DNA from: Obrimoposthia wandeli
Lineage: Eukaryota
NCBI GenBank assembly: GCA_977020255.1
Contig: CDROCS010000229.1
Location: forward strand, 62,001 to 117,582
Direction of reading: 5' to 3'
DNA length: 55,582 bases
The first letter of the stretch is position 1; every line of letters begins with the position of its first letter. The translations under genes and the position numbers were made by a program. Below, piece by piece: positions 39,501 to 50,903 of this stretch. The notes beneath the pieces are model-generated. The model did not search any database. It worked only from the letters and a program-made list of their open reading frames with translations, and had not been told where the DNA came from.

Positions 39501-39615
39501 CATTAAACTTATGTTTAATAAGTAACCATTTGAAGTTTTTGTTGTAAATTATATTAAAAGTAATAACTTACAACATATTAAACTAAATATATACAACAAC
39601 AAATAAATATTGTAG
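36540..39615. repeat. Satellite 2 with higher-order structure (134-134-101 bp, ~369-bp HOR in the distal half)
   Basis: The marker ATATTAAAGT falls at 38311, 38445, 38580, 38681, 38815, 38949, 39050, 39183, 39317, 39418, 39551. Confidence 0.93.
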
Positions 39616-39923
39616 TCAGTAAATTTTCGAATGTCTAGTAAACAAAATTAAATAACTCGAAAAAACATTTACTATTCGAAATAATAAACTTAATAGTACT
39701 TTATATTTGAAATTTATGTTATATGCAGTGGGCGGGGTACAGCAACTAACTTTATAATTAAAATATTTTTATAGTTTAAGGTTAAAATCACTTGATAAAA
39801 ACCACAATAATGTGATAAAGAATATTATTTAACATATAAAATGAATTTTTGAAGAAATAAATTGAATATTCATATTATATTAAACGGACAATGGCAAAAA
39901 AAAATATCAAGTAATTTAAAAAA

Positions 39924-41107
39924 AATCAAACTATCGACACTCTTATTTTTAAAATTACATTCACTTGCTAAGACTCTTACTTGTAAATGACATTCATACT
40001 TGCATGCATAATTTTATTCATTTACATTCATTCTACCTCTCATTAATTCAAACTCTCATTCAAATATTCAAATAAATTAATATTTTTACTAATTTTCTAT
40101 TAATTCCGTTGTAACTTAGTCGTTGAAACGAAAAGAATGTATAAAGAATGGACTTTCTTACTTTGTAAATGTTATTCACTTAAGTTTGAAGATGATATTA
40201 TGAAATTACATAATAAATGTGTTTAATTTTGTATTATTCTCTGACTTCTTTCTTATTTTATTTTTTATTTTAATATATAATTGAAGTTATTTAAAGAAAT
40301 TTTATCATAATTCTATAAATGTGAAAGCCTAGGAAAAACTTTGATCTAAATTTCACATAAAATAGTATGTGTGTGATGCAATACATTCATTAACTTATAA
40401 GAGTGAACTTTAGCCTAAATTTTCACATAGAATAGTGTGTGTATGATTACGTCATACATTCTTAATTGTTAAGTGTGAACTTTATCATAAATTTTCATTA
40501 TGAACTAGATCACAAAAAAAAATAAGGGTGGAGACTAAGCCACTTGATCCTTTGAATTAGTAGTTAGCCAAAAAGATGGGTGGAGACTAGATCACTAAAA
40601 GAAGGGTGGAGACTAGATCACTAAAAGAAGGGTGGAGACTAGATCACTAAAAGATGGGTGGAGACTAGATCACTAAAATAAGGATGGAGACTAGATCACT
40701 AAAAGAAGGGTGGAGACTAGATCACAAAAAAGATGGGTGGAGACTAGATCACAAAAAAGATGGGTGGAGACTAGATCACAAAAAGATGGGTGGAGACTAG
40801 ATCACAAAAAGATGGGTGGAGACTAAGCCACTTGACCCTTTAAACTATGGACGACCATAGTAGTATATCAAGGAAGGATGGAGTCTAGATCACTTGACCC
40901 CCCTCCTTTCCTCCCCTAAAGGGTGTCACACCATAAGGGTGTCACACCATAAAGGTGTCTTGCCACACCATAAGGGTATATGTTGCCTCACCAGGGTGAG
41001 GCAACATATACCCTTATGGTGTGCAAGCACCTGGTGTGACATCCTATGGAGTGACACCCTTTAGGGGGGGGGGGTCAAGTGATCTAGACTCCATCCTTCC
41101 ACCTACT
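39924..41107 (-). repeat. Right TIR of copy B, including the 26-27-bp array at ~40520-40830
   Basis: Reverse complement of 33695-34872. Confidence 0.93.
40872..41100. other. Right terminal palindrome (229 bp, imperfect)
   Basis: Arms 40872-40992 and 40995-41100, centred on CCTCACC-AG-GGTGAGG. Confidence 0.92.
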
Positions 41108-41299
41108 AACTAGATATAATACAGCATATATCACTGTAATTGCTCGATTTATTCGATTTCAAATAACTTGGTTATTTAACTGAAATAATTATGCATAATA
41201 TGCTGGAAAGGAGCTGAATTTATTTAAACGTACTTTCTTTTGCGCAAACAATCTGTTATAATTGATACCGCTGTCTCAGACCCTGAATATTTAAAATAA

Positions 41300-41420
41300 G
41301 CGATTTCCTCAGGGAACCAAACTTGGTCTGATCCTATTTTTGATTTATATTTCATTATTAAGAAATCAAATATTAATCTCAACCTTTATGCTGATGATAC
41401 ACAACTTTATGTTGATTTAC
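41300..41420 (+). pseudogene. Non-LTR (CR1/L2-like) RT fragment
   Basis: PQGTKLGLILF…NLNLYADDTQLY. Confidence 0.75.
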
Positions 41421-41974
41421 ACAATAAGCTCTAGGTTTATCCCATCATTTTCAAAATCTTTTTTTTCTCGAATCACTGAACCTCCCTACTGGTCGACTTA
41501 ATGCCTTTAAATAATTTGAAAACGGCCTGATAAACCTGGACCTTACTGCGTAGGCCCAACTTTCAACATACAAAATATAAAAAATATAAAATTTTCAATT
41601 TCTAAAAAACAAAAGATTTATTAAAAAAACCATTTTCTTTTTAAAATATGAATAATACGAATATTGCTCTCTCCTCGACAATAGCCAGCCAAATATAATT
41701 CCCTCTGAATGGCAAGCTACCAATAATATTTTACCTTTTCACGAACATATTTTTGATGATAACTTCTCAATTTATCTAATTTTAAAAGGCTTTTTAGTAA
41801 TTAGCAAAATATTAATTTGAAATAACCAAAACGCTTGAGCTACGCTGAACTCACATTATGATGTGTTGATTATTGGCTATAATGCACGTTGGCTGTTTAG
41901 TTGCTTAATCATTAATAATATTTTTAAATATTTCATTATTTATTTGTATTAAATTAAGATAGTTTTTATATAAA

Positions 41975-42145
41975 ATGGATCAAATTCAGAAGATAGAAGA
42001 GATTATTCTTCTCTCAGCATCTATTTGTGATGTAGAACGTGCGGAAATAAATGCATTACTCCACAATGTCAAGGAATCTATCAATTCAACTATGGAGCTA
42101 TCGCAACAATTTGAAGAAATGATTATTAATGATGTTGATAAATAA
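41975..42145 (+). CDS. Orphan 56-aa ORF (uncertain)
   Basis: An open ATG-to-TAA frame, MDQIQKIEEIILLSASICDVERAEINALLHNVKESINSTMELSQQFEEMIINDVDK, looks helical and protein-like in an otherwise stop-rich context. Confidence 0.3.
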   Translation: MDQIQKIEEIILLSASICDVERAEINALLHNVKESINSTMELSQQFEEMIINDVDK

Positions 42146-43529
42146 GATATCACAGCAATTGATAAAAAACTGTGGAAGATATTGTTAACATTATTTCAAC
42201 TTCAATAATATGAATAGTTATTCACGAAGAAGGTACTTTTGAATATGTTACTTTTCCTTCTCGCTTACCATCAATTAACAATTAGATTTAATCATAAAAT
42301 CACTGAATAAAAAATCTTTATTACTATGCTGAATTAGATTTTTAAAAATTCTAAAATAAAAAATTCAGTTGACATTAATTATATAAAATTAATACATAAA
42401 AATTTATGCGTTATCTTTAAATATAGAAATTTATATTAAATAAATATATTTATTTTAAATTTATGCCGTTTTACAATACAATTTACAATAAACAATTTAA
42501 TTTCAAATTATTAAATTAATAAAATAGGTGACCTATTTCATTTTATTTCTATTAAAAAAATAAAAATTCACTGAGGAATACTGTCGAATTCTGCCATTAA
42601 TTCCAAATAGTTTTTAAAATGAATTAATCTTTTGACACCTAATTGATGCGTTAAAACAATATTTAATATTATAATATTTAAATAAAAAGTTCGCGTGATA
42701 AATAATAACCTTTATATTTTGATCTTTATAAATTATGTTTGTATTAGTTTTGATTAAATATGTTGCTGAGTTATATCCTTTAATGTTTCTAGAAACATGT
42801 CATCAACTCTCATTATTTAATAAACGATGAGATATTACATATTGATAATCAATTTATTATCGATTCTTATAATTTGATTACTTTCGTATTTATTTCAGCT
42901 ATACTAATAATCTATCTATATACTTACTCATATATACTTAATACAATAAAGCGATTTTTATACAATGATCTTCATAATCTATACCAAGTTTTGTAAGAAA
43001 TTTCATCATATACCGTTTATGATCGAAATATTGATTAAACCCCGCTTGTTTGTAAGATAGTTTGAATGGTATATTCTCATTGTTTTGTCTCATATTGTAT
43101 ATACGGATGCGTGTGTTCCGAAAATAGTGACCAATAATAAATTATATTAAAATTATACCCTTGAAAAGTATGTGTCTGTATCAACAGGGATTTTCATATA
43201 TCCTGATTATATTATGTTAAAGTCAATCTTCAAAAATTATTATATATGGATTTTACATCAATCATTTCTACTAGCTGACAATCAATTCTCTTGTGTAAGT
43301 GTTATTGATTTTTAATTATATTCCATTAATGTAATCTAACATAGGTTTTTGTAATACTTTTCTTGACTGCATACATATTTTTGTAAGTAATACCTTGTTC
43401 ATATTTTGTAAATAATATATTTCACCCAAATTTTCGTAAGTATTGCATAATCCTCATATATTAATGTACACCAAATTACATTCATCTACATACATAGTTT
43501 CAATAAAACAGTGTCCCAAATTTTTATTA

Positions 43530-45666
43530 CAGTAATACTCCTAACAGTGCGGGTAATTCGTGCCAGATTTGTCCCGCACTGTTTGATGCATTATATAATG
43601 GGTTTAATAGTAATACATTCCGGACTGAATAAATATCGATACGTACATACGATAATTAATTAAAAGTTATTAAATTCATTAAAATCGAGCATTAACAGAG
43701 ATAATGAAACAAGATTAAATATTTATTGAAACAAAAAGAATATTGGAAGGTTTTTATTGTTTAGAAAAATATTTAAGCAAAGAAGTTTGATCTGATTTCT
43801 TCTTCTTTTTTGTGGCATAAAGTTCTCTGTTGCATTGAATACTGTGTTTACTGTCAACAATGTTTCGGACTTGGATGCTGTGTTCGACATTTGGGTATCC
43901 ATTCATAATAATTTTGGAAGCTTCATCATAAACTGAAAATAATTTGTCCATGCTAAATTATTTAATTTCAACTGGATCATCATTTGATTCTTTTTCTTCC
44001 TCTTCTTCATATGTTCGTTGCTAATCAATTTCTACGAGAGTTTCATTATCGAGCTCACCAGATTCACGCACATTAGCATTGTCTACATTATTAAATCCAA
44101 GCACTTTCCCGATCTGAACCATATTTTCTACAACAGTTTTAACTTTAGGTTCAAAACCACCAAAATAATTTGCGCAGTGAGGCAAAAGCTTTTCCCAGCT
44201 CTCATGTAACTTCACGCCATGCTGAATCAATATTTGCAGTTGATATTTTGATATTATAGTTCTTCCAAAAATCAGTTAATGAAATGGCATTTTCTCCTAC
44301 CGTAACTTTAATTGCTTAAGAAAAAGCTTGTCTCATATAATAAGCCTTGAATGTTGCAATCACTCCTTGGTCCATCGACTCTAATAACAAAGTTGTGTTC
44401 GGCGGTAAAAATACAATTGTACCATTGTTATTTAAATCACCAAGTGCAGGTGATGTCCTGGTCCGCTATCTAATAACAAAAGAATTTTAAATTCCATGTC
44501 ATTTCCTTTGCAATATCGTTCAGTTGCGGGACAAATATAATTTGGGAACCAGTCTTCAAATAAATCTCTCGTAACCCACGCCGTTCGATTCGATCGCCAA
44601 AATACTGAGAGAGTATTTTTGGCATAACCTTTAAAAGCTCTTGGATTGTTTGCTCGGTAAACAACCATAGACTTCAATTTAAATTCACCAGACGCATTTT
44701 CACCAAACAAAAGAGTCAGACTATCGTTTGCAATTTTATACCCTGATGCTTCTTCTTTTTCAGCTAAATATGTTCGAGGAGTAATTTTCTTCCAAAACAA
44801 TCCTGTTTCATCCACATTAAATATTTGATGATCACTGTAATTACCATTTTCAATAATTTTTTCTAATTTATCAGGATATTTTGCGCTGCTTCTACATCAA
44901 CACATGCACTTTCACCAACAATTCTAACATTATGAATTTTTGTACGTTCTTTAAAGCTATTGAACCAACCGCGGCTAGGATTAAAAGATTTTTCTTCATT
45001 TGTTTCTTCATTTGTAGTCGTAGAGGTCTCCCCTTCATTTTCATTTTGAGTGGTAACTGCGCTAAAAAGACTTCATGCTTTTTCTTGAATAAAAGGCTGA
45101 CTGAGTGGAATTCTTTCTTCATTACAATATTCAATCAACATTAATAAAAGTCGCTCCATATTCAACAAATTTGTGTATATATATTTTTTGCAATTCTTTT
45201 TGACATGTACGATGCAGTAGCAAATCCATGATCTTTATATTGTTGTTTCTTCTTTACAATGGCACGCACATATGACTCATTTATTTTATAATCACGTGCA
45301 ATTTTAGCAAATGATGCACCATCTTCATGAAACTTTATAACATCCAGTTTATTTTCTAATGTTAGCCACTGTCGTTTGTTTGAACCAACATTGTCTATGC
45401 TTCCTTCTGTTTGACTTGACATTTCAATACAATCTGTTTTAATAATAGTAATCTGCAATATTGACTCGGAAAAATATCAGATGAAAGAATAATTTCTAAA
45501 ATGTGAGTTCAAGAATATTATATATAGATCTTGAAATCAATATTGATATTTTTAAAGGTTTAAGAATAGTTTCTTTCTATATTTTATTTATTTACTAATA
45601 TTTTACGATATCTGCACTTTAGTTAAACCCGCATTGTTTGAAACCGCATTGTTCGGGCTATTACTG
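43530..45666 (-). mobile_element. pogo/Tigger DNA transposon, full length but decayed (2137 bp)
   Basis: Imperfect TIRs CAGTAATA…AACA(G/A)TGCGG, with TA on both flanks. Confidence 0.9.
43754..45422 (-). pseudogene. Tigger transposase (frameshifted)
   Basis: HTH KRQWLTLENKLDVIK, followed by NVDETGLFWK, LLLLDSGPGH, FLPPNTT…MDQGVIATFKAYY, and C-terminal QTSLLKYF. Confidence 0.92.
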
Positions 45667-46418
45667 TATTTACTTTCCATTGGATTTCAGACTATATCAG
45701 CAATACTTTGATGCATCAAGGTCTAGTGCTATTCCGACTACTCGCCCTACTACTTTCGTTGATGATATGTTTACTGTATATTTAGTTATACTTAAAGATC
45801 CCGTTCATGGTACTGCTACGATAAGCATACATTAGTGCCTATGTTTACTCCTCTTTGCTTTGAAGATTTCAGAAAAGAATAGAGGAAAATATATTGATAA
45901 TTTAATAGATTAGTTTGATAAAATCCTTAAATTTGAAAGTTTAACAATATTTAAAATAATCAAGTAATATCTTTATGGAATCAATATTTTAATATCATTA
46001 CAATATTGGGGAAACTAATGATTTTTACTTCAATTATGAAAATAATATTTCTATTCACATTAAACTACTATTAGTAACTAATCTACCCGTGGTTACACAC
46101 ATTGTCATAAATACTGACTATCATTGTATTTCAATTGACTTATCGAGTAAACTGGTAACTAAGCTTCGCACAGTTACTAACACACATATTGTAATAATAT
46201 AATGACTATCATTGTATTTCAATTGACTTATACGGAAAATTAGTATTGAGAACTAATTTTCTCAATGTTTCAAACACACATGCACATAAATACATTAAGT
46301 AATACGTTTTTGCAATACATAACCGTCTTTGCTACATTCACCTTTGTAAACAAACGTACATATAGTTGCAAAGTTTGTTGTTGTAATACGTGATCACCTT
46401 TGTTACATATATGTGTCA

Positions 46419-48421
46419 AGGGTGTCAAGTAGGTTCTCAAAAAGTTTCGTCAGTAATATAATTTATTTTATATAATAATTTTATATATCCATACAAAAAA
46501 TTATATCAAAATGTTCATCCGTTCAGTTACGTTCAACGATTGAAATTAATCGCATTTTATTCAATTCATTTTAAACAAAAATATCCTAAGGGTATTGAAA
46601 AGTGTTTTACTACATCATAATAGTATAAAATTATTAAATATAATTTAAATATCACAATGGTAATATTTATATACTTAATATTTAATTTCGAATTTAAGAA
46701 AGTATGATTTTGCAGTTCAGTCATATTTCAATTTTGAGTTTAATCCTAATAAACTTCCTACAAATGAACAAATTTTGAAGCGTTTGTTATTTTTAAAGAG
46801 TGAAAAGAAAGACTATCCTTTTAGAGTCTGTGCAAATGAAATATTAGAAATATATAAAAAATCAGGTTTAAATAATGGATCCCAAAATTCAATTGAATTT
46901 AAAATTAGAAGACTATTTCAAGAGCATCGGATTGTTTATCGAAATCAAGATACGGAAAGATGCAATATATTTTTAGTTTCTCTTAATAATCTTTTCAAAT
47001 TGGCCAAGTTGGTTCAATCAAAGTTATTAAAAGGGGACATAGAATTTCTTGGTTTACAGAGAGAAATAAATGGTATCATGGCTGGACCTTCAGATGTAAG
47101 GCATGCCTATGGATTTAAATATAAAATTCCTGAAAAATCAAAGTTAATAACAATAAATTGGATAGAGAAACGGACTGTTATTCTGCTAAAGACTACATAA
47201 ATCCTTCCGATAGTACAGATTCTGAATATGAAGACAATTCTAAAAAGTTGAGAATTTGTGATAGGCGTTGTATATATCTTAGAGTAGCTTCAGGTTTATT
47301 GGATATATCTCATGAAACAATACGACTAAGGCGAAAAAAACAGAGAGAATCTGTCTATATTAAAATTCAAAAAATTGTTGAGAATGTGTTAAATGTCGTA
47401 GTTCATTTTGATTGTAAGAAGTGCGATGGAGTAGAAAGAATAGCAGTTGTTATTGTTGATATAAATAATAATGGAATGGAGTACATATTAGGCGTCTGTT
47501 TCAATCGATGGACGAGGAATAACAACTGTGTTTGGGTTATTGACTCGCTGGAATATTATTAATCGAGTTATAGGTTTGTGTTTTTGATACTACAGACTCA
47601 AACACTGGTATCACAACCGGAAGTGTAGCATTGTTGCAACAAAAAATCCCAAAATGTAATTGAATTGCAATGTCATCATATATTGGAATTAATAATTGGT
47701 AACGTTTCTAAACATTCATTCGGATATTCAAATCAACCCAATATCGGAGTAATTAAGTTTGTTGCTGATGTACGTTCTATGTATAATAAAAATTATGACA
47801 AATACTCTAAAGTGCACTATCCTAAACCCTTAGATATGGGTAATTTAGTTATTGAATTTTTAATAAAAATTGTTCAAGATAGTAAAATTATTCGTAGAGA
47901 TGATTATAAGGAATGTTGTAATATAATTCTGGGTACACCAGTGAAACTACTAAAAATCATCCCAGTTTCAAATGCAAGATGGATGTGCAAAATAAGCTAT
48001 TGCATAAATTTATTTGATGAAAATTAAATAGGTTTTTAATTTTTATTGTTTATTGGATATACTATTGTATTATATTTTAAGTTAGATGCAAGAAATGCTG
48101 AAAGAGCATCAGATAATACAAATTAATGCTCAAAAATTGAACCTCTCAGATTGATGAAGCGTATGACAATAATTATCGACGCTGCAGTTGATAAATTTTA
48201 AAAAAATTATAACTTATTCGATTTATGTTTATGAGTTTAATTGAATAATATTTAAATATGACCATCTTTTAAATATAATTGTACTTTTTAAATACTTTGA
48301 CACAAACTGATCTAATGAATTAAAATAAAAATAAACACATCACCATTCATAATTTTAAATTATTTCTAAAACTCCAACTGAAGAAATTAGATTGGTAAAA
48401 AATTAAAAACATTGACACCCT
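46419..48421 (+). mobile_element. Decayed hAT-superfamily transposon (hATm-like)
   Basis: Short inverted termini AGGGTGTCAA / TTGACACCCT enclose a transposase remnant. No clear TSD. Confidence 0.6.
46775..48200 (+). pseudogene. hAT-like transposase remnant
   Basis: LNNLFKLA…DIEFLGLQRE, VVVHFDCK…ERIAV, FDTTDSNTG (47583-47609), CHHILELI, RRDDYKEC, ARWMCK. Confidence 0.75.
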
Positions 48422-50330
48422 AATGTACACTAAGACATATCAAGTTTAATATCTAACTAATATTTTAAATAAATAACTACTTTCAAAGATATGATTCTTA
48501 TCTACCTTTCACCAAGGAAGAATGTCTAATTAGAAATGGCGCCCACTTAATCTTCAATTAGGGAACCTATATAGCTATAGGCCTGAATGCACCATGTTAT
48601 ACCAAGAATTGAAAAAAACTGATGACGTCTTTAAAAGAAATAATTGAGGAACAAGTAATATCTGGGAAACTGGAAGCACTTTTGAGTAGTCAACCATGGA
48701 TTTATTACATATTGGAGCAATAATAAATATAATTGTTCACCATTTTAGCGTAATAAAACTCACGTAATCAGCAAAAAATGTTAAAAGTAAAACTTATTAC
48801 AGCAATTCTATAAGATTATTTGTAAAATGTATGTGATATTTACGTTTGGTGGCATGGTAATTGAAAAATAATTTCTTGTTTGTACAGACTCATTGCTTAC
48901 CCAACATTAAATAGAAGCTCAATCTGAGTGCATTGATGTTCCTCAATATATAAAAATTACGTCTACATAACCTAGTATATATTGTAATGTAAGTCATTTT
49001 CTTTACTTAACACGTCCTTTCAATGAACCTAATGGGAGAAAAAAATTATAGAAATCAATTATTCAAAAATGCAATTTAAATTACATAAATTTTTAACTCA
49101 CTTTTGGCACAAATAGGTTTTATTTTTGCTTATTTTTATCGTAACATTTTCATCAGTAAAATTTTTATTATCTGGATCAAATACTCTGAAATATTTAGTG
49201 AGTGTTTATTGTGCATATGCACCATTTTAAGAGCAAGTTCAATTTGATCTTCTGGATCAATTTCCTAAATGAAAATATTTTAGAAATCATACTAAAATTA
49301 CTTCACAGGATAGCGTTAAGTGTTGTAGCTTAGCATAATTTCCAGTATTTAAGTCACATTGGTTTCGGAATCTAATAAAAATATTATTTCCTTCGATAAC
49401 AAATATATTAGACATTATAAAATGGTTAAGACTCTAATGAGTTTATTATATAACTTAAAATTTATTAGGAATTGGTATCAGGACTCGAGTTTTCACTGGA
49501 AAAAATGATTAGTCTAAATTAAAACCACATGATAATATAGATAAACTAGATATACATATACAAATATCTTTATAAATACACATATTTAAAACATATAATG
49601 CTCAGAACACTTGTCCCATACTAGCCAATTATAATAAAACTATTTGCATTTGATATAACAGAAACCTTAAGGAGATATTCCGTTCCAAAGTGAACTTTAC
49701 CATTTATTTTTCCTAAAAAAAGATATATTTCTAAATTTTTATCATATAGATCTCAGAATATCTCTATAAATAAACACATTTAAACTATAAAATGCTCAGA
49801 AATCATCCTGTCTGATTAGATGATTCCAATAAAACTATTTGCACTTGATATTTCACAAAAGGTACGGATATATTCTTTTCCAACGCGGTTCTATCATTAA
49901 TTTGACCAAAGATTTAATATATTTTCAGATTTTTCATCATATAGATCTCAATATAAAAAATTCAGTCTCTTTCTGTTAGTTTTATTTTGAATTTTATCCA
50001 AAAGTTAATAGAGGAGACGTTTTATAATATAAATACACAAATATTTTTGCGAATTCTGGTTTAGCCCTCACAATTAAGGATTTCATTTTAGATAAAATTT
50101 CATACGGCGATCAATAACAATTAGTATCCAATTTATTATTATGGGTAATTCTCAAATATAGATTCTCGCCGGATCAATAACAATTAGTATCCAATTTATT
50201 ATTATGGGTAATTCACAAATATAGATTCTCGAATATAGATTCAAATTTCACCACTTTATTAAACAGTTTAACTTTTTGGGATCAGATAATTTTTGTGCCT
50301 GTTTTCATATCATCCAACTGTTTTATACCA

Positions 50331-50903
50331 TGTATCAATAAGAGTGGGCAGAAACATCACAAAAACACATTCACGGAATCTGCTAACAAACACACGCACA
50401 CACAGAAACTGAAAAGGGCGATACACAATAATAATAATAAAATGGACACACACACACTGCATCGATAAAATTTGGGCACACACACATATAATGTCAGCAA
50501 TCCGGGGAAAAAATGGGCAGCGGAAAGAGAGGATTGTATGTCCAACTGTGCATGCACATCTCTGCCTTGGTAGCCACCATCCGAAGACGGTCGATCAGGA
50601 TGACGGGAAAACGATGGAGAAGGATGGCGGCAGAGAGTGTGCAGCCGGGATCCGCTGACCGTTGCCGACTGAACGAATGCCGACGGCGATCTGCCGCCAG
50701 GCTGGGAGACTGGGCGGAAAATTTTTCCATAAATCAATCTTATCTACATGCCGCCTTCCTGACGAGCCCGGCAGGGCGAAACGGGACCACCCCGTCGGAG
50801 GCTGAATTTGATAAACCTCCCTAATTGTGGGCACTTTAGATAATTTTATAAAATGTCAATTTAAATTGACTTTCTTAATTAATTATTAATTAATAACCCA
50901 ACA
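50331..50903 (+). mobile_element. LTR-like hammerhead-bearing module 1
   Basis: GC-richer block starting TGTATC and ending TAACCCAACA. Homologous to 53656-~54570 (minus) from ~50710 to its 3' end. The left boundary is inferred and no TSD was found. Confidence 0.5.
50753..50802 (+). ncRNA. Type I hammerhead ribozyme
   Basis: Stem I GCCUUC/GGAGGC, core CUGACGA, stem II GCCC-GGCA-GGGC, GAAA, stem III CGGG-ACCAC-CCCG. Predicted GUC cleavage after 50796. Confidence 0.93.

Larger units (their letters stand above)
33695..41107. mobile_element. Complete non-autonomous Polinton/Maverick derivative (copy B, 7413 bp)
   Basis: Perfect 6-bp TSD AACTAG (33689-33694 and 41108-41113), termini AGTAGG…CCTACT, ~1.18-kb TIRs, no credible coding sequence, and sequence shared with pPolB-linked copy A. 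Confidence 0.9.

Noticed and set aside
45735-45790. PYYFR/VDDMFTV resembling the Penelope RT motif RYVDDIF
   Set aside because: It requires a frameshift at the motif, and no other PLE RT motifs were found nearby.
50319-50330. TGGTAT after TGATACA on the minus strand as a PBS, which would put module 1 in the opposite orientation
   Set aside because: Only 5-6 nt resemble a tRNA-iMet PBS, nothing gag-like follows, and module 2 shows no equivalent. Not fully excluded.
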